Assembly: GCF_009914755.1 (NCBI RefSeq)
Contig: NC_060926.1
Strand: one strand, 5' to 3'
Source: the human T2T-CHM13v2.0 reference genome, Homo sapiens
DNA: 64,000 bases
Part shown: positions 57,561 through 64,000 of the stretch, in pieces
How the letters are laid out: the number at the start of each line of letters is the position of its first letter
How positions within the stretch are numbered: the stretch's first letter is position 1
Program-made: the position numbers and the translations under genes
The notes under the pieces: generated by a model
Databases searched by the model: none
What the model was told of the DNA's origin: nothing
Seen by the model: the letters and a program-made list of their open reading frames with translations, nothing else

Positions 57561-58344
57561 ATGATGCTTCTTGACAGAGGTCCAACATCGATGCAGAATT
57601 GGAAAGGAGTAACTCCCTTGTGCTTATCCATATCTTGGGAGTGAATAATATAGAGTGATTGCTGAGCTAACCATAAAACTGTCAAACATGTTGAAAATCA
57701 CAACGCACCCAGATCATCTAGGAAATAAATACTGATTAAAATAAACAGAACTTGCATTTCACAAGCAAAGACGGAATGATGGGTGTCTTGGAAGGTGGGA
57801 TAGAGGTGTGCAATGCAGCCAACACGAGCTTTTTTCAGGGATGCACTGTCTGTGTTTAGGTTTATGACTTAAAGGTTAGACTGCCAAGAATTTTTTTAAA
57901 GGTTGACACATCTGTGGCTGCATTTCCCCAGAGCACCATAAACCACAGTCTTGCCAAAATTAAATAAAAGGATTGACTGTTCTTCTTCCTCTGCCTTAAG
58001 AATGTCACCATTTGAACTGTGTGGGGAATACAGCTACTATGAACTCAACATTCAGGAATCATTTTCTGCTTGGGTTGTAACCAGAACTCCTTATTCTGTG
58101 ACTGTGGTCCTACTAGTCCCAAAGGGCCAGATGAAAGGAGATTCAAACACTCATCCCTTCCAATAAAGATTTGGAAAAGACAAACCATGTGGAGCTAGGA
58201 AGGCACATAATTCTATCACAGGAACTGCCTATGATGGGGTCTACCTAAGGTTATGCCATGTGTAGGTCACCAGAGTGACCAAAGAAAAGTAAAATTAAAA
58301 AGTATTTTTATGGCATGTTATCAGTACCCAATGGGAAAAGGGAG

Positions 58345-58750
58345 CAGGAGAGAGTATCTTAATCAGGAAAGCTAACAACTACACCAAATTTCCCCTTCAT
58401 CTCCGTAGTATCCCACAGTAACAGTTTCTTTCTTTCTCATGTTACAGTGGGAAGCAAACTGGCACTGGTGGAGGGCTGTGCTCCACGTAGTCATTCGGGG
58501 CCTCGGGTCTCTTCTTCCAGTGGCTCTACCATCTCCCGGGACCCCAGGATCCTCTGCTAGATCCGGTGGACAAACCAGCAGAGGCAGAGGAAAGAATCAC
58601 ATGAGAGATTTCATGAAGGCAAGGCCAGAAAATGGCTGCATCACCCCTGCCTATATTCCATTGGCCAGAACTCAGTCTTCTGGCTCTACCCACCTGAAAG
58701 AATGGCTGAAAAATGGGCCCAGAAGAAAAGAATACAGGAAAGACAGCATT
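58345..58750 (-). mobile_element. MLT1-like LTR
   Basis: agtttctttctttctcatgttacagt...ctccacgtagtcattcgggg...tattccattggccagaactcagtc. Confidence 0.65.
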
Positions 58751-58858
58751 ATTTCTGCCAAGAGGAGGGGAATGAAATCAATCCAAATTTTGACAAAACA
58801 AACAGATGAGCCTTTACCTAAGTCACTGGCAGATGCGGTGCTTCTTACGGATAAATCA

Positions 58859-59168
<310 letters not shown>

Positions 59169-59269
59169 TGAGCTAAGGCTGAATTATCAATCAATTAAGA
59201 ATGTCCTACCCTGCATATCTTTCCATGGCTCTGCCCAACATGATATGATGGTCCTATGTTCCTCTAGGC

Positions 59270-59482
59270 CAGTGCTTCTCGACAGGGCAGTTTGCCTTGG
59301 CAAGGGACACTTAGCAATGTCTAAAGATATCTTTGATTGTTAGCTTAAGGGAGGGGTGCAACAGCCATCTAGTAGGCAGAGGCCCGGGATGCTGCTAAGC
59401 ATCCTATGATGCACAGGGCAGCCCCCACAGCAAAGAATTATCTGGCCCATAATGTCAGCAGTGCCAAGGCTAGGAAACTCTG
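59270..59482 (+). mobile_element. MER20 (hAT-Charlie)
   Basis: cagtgcttctc...gggatgctgctaagcatcctatgatgcacagggcagcccccacagcaaagaattatctggccc...aaactctg. Confidence 0.85.
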
Positions 59483-61264
59483 CTCAAAGTCTTGAATGTA
59501 GGGCCTTGTTCATGCATCTGTCATGACACTTCCATTCATGGGCCATTTTTGAGTACCTGCTATGTGCCAGGTGCTTCACTTATCACATGGTCATTGAATA
59601 GTTGTTTTCATATTTCTTCTTCCCCTCCCCCACAAGACTGCAAGGGACAGGGTAAGAACAGGATTGGTCTTAGCACATAATACATGTCGAATAAGTGGAT
59701 GGATGGATGGAAGGATGACTTTGTCTCCTGAACCACTGCATCCCATGCTCTGACCCTTTGAGTATATGAAGGAATTTGGTTATCAAGACTTGCTATTCTG
59801 AATGCCTAACAGAACAAGAAGGTGATAATCTAGTTTGTTCTTAAGAAACCCAATGTTCAAAGGAGCACATGACCTAAGAGGCTGGTAATGAAGCACAAAG
59901 CTTCACCTTAGTAAGTGAGCTGATCACAAAACTTCACGCAGACCCAAAGATACAGGAAGTTGTATGTACCTATGTGGCAGTGGCTTGCTGAACTCCATTT
60001 GATCCGAGCCCTGTATAAGCATCTACTATTCCAGCTCCAATAACATGGCACCTGAGGATAGGCACAATCCCAAAAGTGCTTGTCATTTGAGGTCTGTCCA
60101 TTCAAGAGAAGAAGAGCCCCTTAATGTCATGTCTAAAATAGAAATGTTCTATCTATTTGGAAATTTTATAATATAACTTCAGTTTCAACTCAGCAATGCC
60201 AGGTAGAAATGGGAGAAATAAGCACCACATATTTACAAGGATGTTGAGGAAAATCAATCTCTGAAAAGGACTATGTGTCAAGGATCTGTGACCATAATTA
60301 ACAATTGTTTTTGAAAATCTCTTTTTAATCACTTGTGCAAGTGCTGGTTTTGTGGGAGATGACCGTCAGCTACCCCAGCTCTGGCCTGGGGCTACCTTTC
60401 AGCCCATCCCTCCTAGAAAAAAGGTTCTCTTAATGGCAGGGAGTCCATTTGATCAAAATGTAAGTTCACGAGGCTCCTTGCCTGGCTTTGTCCCCTTCTC
60501 GCCTCATTTATTCCACTGCATCTGTTTTCCCACATAAGAGAGCAGAACTCTCACGCACTTCTCACAAGCATACCAAGAAGAGATGGAAGGCATTGATACA
60601 TGCATGATAATCAAAACACAACCTCATATTTGTAAAATATTTTGCAAGACAGTTCTATTATATTTGTTATTTTATTTGATCCTCATCTTTAGGCCTATAG
60701 TTCTCTCATTACACCTTTCAATGATTTGAGGCTTTATTGGAATAAAACTGGTAACTGTACAAAATATGGTCCCAATACATTCTACTCCGGGGAAGCTCTG
60801 CTACGTTGCACACCCTCGTGCTGGGTAGGAAGAGAACTAAATTTGAAATTGGAGAGCCTGGCTCCATCCAATTCTGACCCTGTCACTTAATAGTTCTATA
60901 ACTCTATTTATGTCATTAATTTTCTCTAGGACTGCTTACTCCTGTGTTGAGCAGCAATTATGCTGCCTGTCTTACTTCCCCATCACTCTTAAAAGGATTC
61001 AATGGAATAAAATATGCAAGAGCGTTTGGTAGTGTGGTGCCACAATTTCTTCCCAGAAATGATCAATGTGCCTCTCAGATACTGAATGTCTCTAACCCGG
61101 GTAGACCTGCTAGAAAATACTACAAATAAATTTAATTATATAAATAATATTATTAAGCAAATTAAATGCTGCATTTTTCTTCAGCCAATATCTGAAAATT
61201 TCAAAATTAACAAAGGGACAAAGGAGAATGAATAGAAACTGCTATATTCTATTTCATATCATGG

Positions 61265-61395
61265 CTTTTTTAAGAGACTGTGGTCTCACTATGTTGTGTC
61301 CAGGCTCATATCAAACTCCTGGGCTCAAGCAATACTTCCACTTTGGCCTCACAAGTAGCTGGGACTACAGGCATGTAACAGCACACTGGTCACAG
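61265..61395 (-). mobile_element. FLAM-type Alu monomer
   Basis: ggtctcactatgttg...aactcctgggctcaagcaat...gtagctgggactacaggcatg. Confidence 0.78.
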
Positions 61396-61619
61396 CTTCT
61401 TGTTGTTCAGCAATAGCTCAAGTTTAACCTCAGTCACCTTTTGCCAAGAAAAAACAATGCAAGTAAGCATTTTAAAACTACACACTTCAACTGTTCTAGC
61501 AGTTTTCTCTCACAAGACACCACAAAGCTGGGATGATGGAGGGATATCTATGGACCATTTGCTGTATTTTTCCTCTTTTTCAAATAGCCAAATAATACCT
61601 AAATATATTTTCAATCTAT

Positions 61620-61765
61620 AGGCATAAGGTTTCAGTTACACAAGATGAATAGGCTCTAGAGCTCTGCTGTGCAGCATTTTGCCTATAGTTAACAATACTG
61701 CATTGCACACTTAAAAATATGGGTGTATATCTCGTTAACTGTTCTTAACAAAAAACTTAAATAAA
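61620..61765 (+). mobile_element. L1MA/MB 3' end
   Basis: gtttcagttacacaagatgaataggctctagag...tatagttaacaatactgcattgcacacttaaaa. Confidence 0.75.
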
Positions 61766-61919
61766 TTTTTTAAAGTTTCAAATAATTCAAAATTATACAG
61801 AGTAAACCAGAAAGCCTCCATAGCCCCACCCATCTTTCCTTCCCCAAAGTAACCCACTGTTTATATCCTGCCAGACTTCTTTCTGCAGATTAACTGTATG
61901 TGCAGTCATAAGTCATAGA

Positions 61920-62216
61920 TTTTTTTTTTTTTTTTGAGACAGGGACTTACTTAGTCGCCCAGGCTGGGCAGTGGCGTGATCTCAGCTCACACTGCCTCCT
62001 CAACCTCCTGTGCTCAATTGATCCTCCCACCTCAGCCTCCATAGTAGCCGGGATCACAGGCACATGCCGCCATGCCTGGCTAATTTTTGTATTTTTTGTA
62101 GAGATGAGGTTTTGCCATGTTGCCCAGGCTGGTCTTGAACTCCTGGGCTCAAGCAATCCACCCATCTCGGCCTCACACAGTGCTGGGATTACAGGCGTGA
62201 GCCACCACGCCCAGCC
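61920..62216 (-). mobile_element. AluJ within an L1M fragment
   Basis: Full dimer with a T tail. Confidence 0.93.
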
Positions 62217-62548
62217 CAGCCACAGGCATCTCTTATTTTGTTTTGTTAAATAATTGGGATCATGCTTTACGAATTGTTCTACAATTTGTTTTTTAAAATT
62301 TTCTAGATTTTTCCATGTTGTACATGCCCATCCACCTCATTCTTTTTAATAACAAGGTTTTCTGTTAGGTAAACACCCCCAATTTTACTTATCCCTATTG
62401 ATAACAATTTGGTGGTTCCCAATTTCCACGATCACAGAGCTTTGCTAAACTTTTAAAGTTAGGTTGCTAATAGACTCCACTTTATTACCTTTCTCGGGAT
62501 TCTACCTGATAACAACTTGAGCAAAGTTCTTTCCAGTATCCCCTTCCT

Positions 62549-62586
62549 GCCCCAGTTGCCTAATGGATAAGGCACTGGCCTCTTAA
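62549..62586 (+). pseudogene. 5'-half tRNA-Arg(CCT)-derived tailless retropseudogene
   Basis: GCCCCAGTTGCCTAATGGATAAGGCACTGGCCTCTTAA matches the recalled first 38 nt of tRNA-Arg-CCT (GCCCCAGTGGCCTAATGGATAAGGCACTGGCCTCCTAA) with 2 mismatches. It is flanked by the imperfect direct repeats agtatccccttcct and aatattcccttccc. Confidence 0.85.
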
Positions 62587-63060
62587 TATTCCCTTCCCCA
62601 CTAGTGATAAGCATGAAAACAGGGCAAACTCAATGGAGCCTTTTAAGAAGAGGCTGAAGAGAGGGTTAACAGGCTAGACTCAATGCTAAGTCTTTCAAAC
62701 TACACCCTTATTCAGTGTTAACAGCAGGTGTTCAATCAGCCCTATGTTTCACTCACAGAGAGAACGGGCCTTTACCTACAGACTTTCCATGTTAAACTAA
62801 GCTTCAACACTTCTCACTCCCCTCTCTCAGACAGTGGTAAGACCAAAGGAAGAAGACAAGCATGTGAAAATCCTGGTGTGCCATAAGGAATCATCTACAC
62901 ATTTAAGCTAGGTCTTGGGTTCTATAAAAGAACTAAATAGATTGATATTGCTAGAGTCTTCTAAAAGAGCAAAACTATTTTCACTTGAAATTTCCGAATT
63001 CAAACATTTGTTGATTATCTACTGTGTGCTGAGAGGGGCTCAAAAGTAGTGTAAGATCCA

Positions 63061-63561
<501 letters not shown>

Positions 63562-64000
63562 CTAGAAGGAATTCTCAGTAGCAGTAAATTAAGGGAAGTA
63601 ATAGCAAACAAGTCATTGTGATTAGGGCCCTCAGCATTGCGGTGAGGGCTTGAAGTGCAGAATTAGTTGATGAGTGCTATTTGTTATATAGTCATAAAAC
63701 AGTAAATTCTGACTTTAAGAGACACCTGGACAAATGAATCTAAGCATAACTGCACACTTGATGGGAACAGGACCAGAGGAAATCGTGCTCCAAGAGATGA
63801 AAACCGGATAAATGCCACATAAAGATTCAACAAATGCCCAGGATCCCTCAACCCTACTCCTTCTGCAGGGCAAACAGGCTGCAAGGGACTTCTCTTCAAA
63901 GCCTTCTCAGAGGGATCAGAATTTAAGTTGAAAGCACTTCTCCTCTCCTGCAGCCTGACTGTGTGTAAGATACAGTCAAAAACTATCACAAAGCCCCTAC

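Noticed and set aside
58264-58281. AGGTCA-n6-TGACCA inverted repeat resembling an oestrogen response element
   Set aside because: The spacer is 6 nt rather than 3, and there is no supporting context.
62549-62586. Functional tRNA gene
   Set aside because: The T arm, B box and 3' acceptor stem are absent, so it cannot fold as a tRNA. It is reported as a pseudogene instead.

Overview
Primate, most likely human, genomic DNA. It is repeat-rich and almost entirely intronic, lying inside the minus-strand gene ANKRD44 (PP6 regulatory ankyrin-repeat subunit B). Only one coding exon is securely identified: an 84-nt phase-0/0 exon at 14732-14815 (PPLVQAIFSGDPEEIRMLIHKTEDVNTL, first ankyrin repeat, exon 2). 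Positions 14816-64000 are the large upstream intron and 1-14731 the next intron. The rest is about 25 Alus plus L1, L2, MIR, MLT LTR and hAT/Tigger fossils and microsatellites. Nearly all ORFs in the supplied track are repeat-derived or chance. The most interesting signals are candidate alternative 5' ends that could splice into exon 2: an ETS-motif bidirectional promoter with a uORF at about 26.6-26.9 kb, a TATA/Inr first exon at about 41.2-41.4 kb, an ATG-containing mini first exon at 35.0 kb, and a 12-nt in-frame microexon at 36.0 kb. Retrotransposition and repair fossils are also notable: a tailless 5'-half tRNA-Arg retrocopy, three serial insertions at one target site, an in-place microinversion, and an L1 filler fragment. 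I see no evidence for a wholly new multi-gene system. Repeat subfamily names and protein identities come from recalled consensus sequences, not a database search, and repeat boundaries are approximate.
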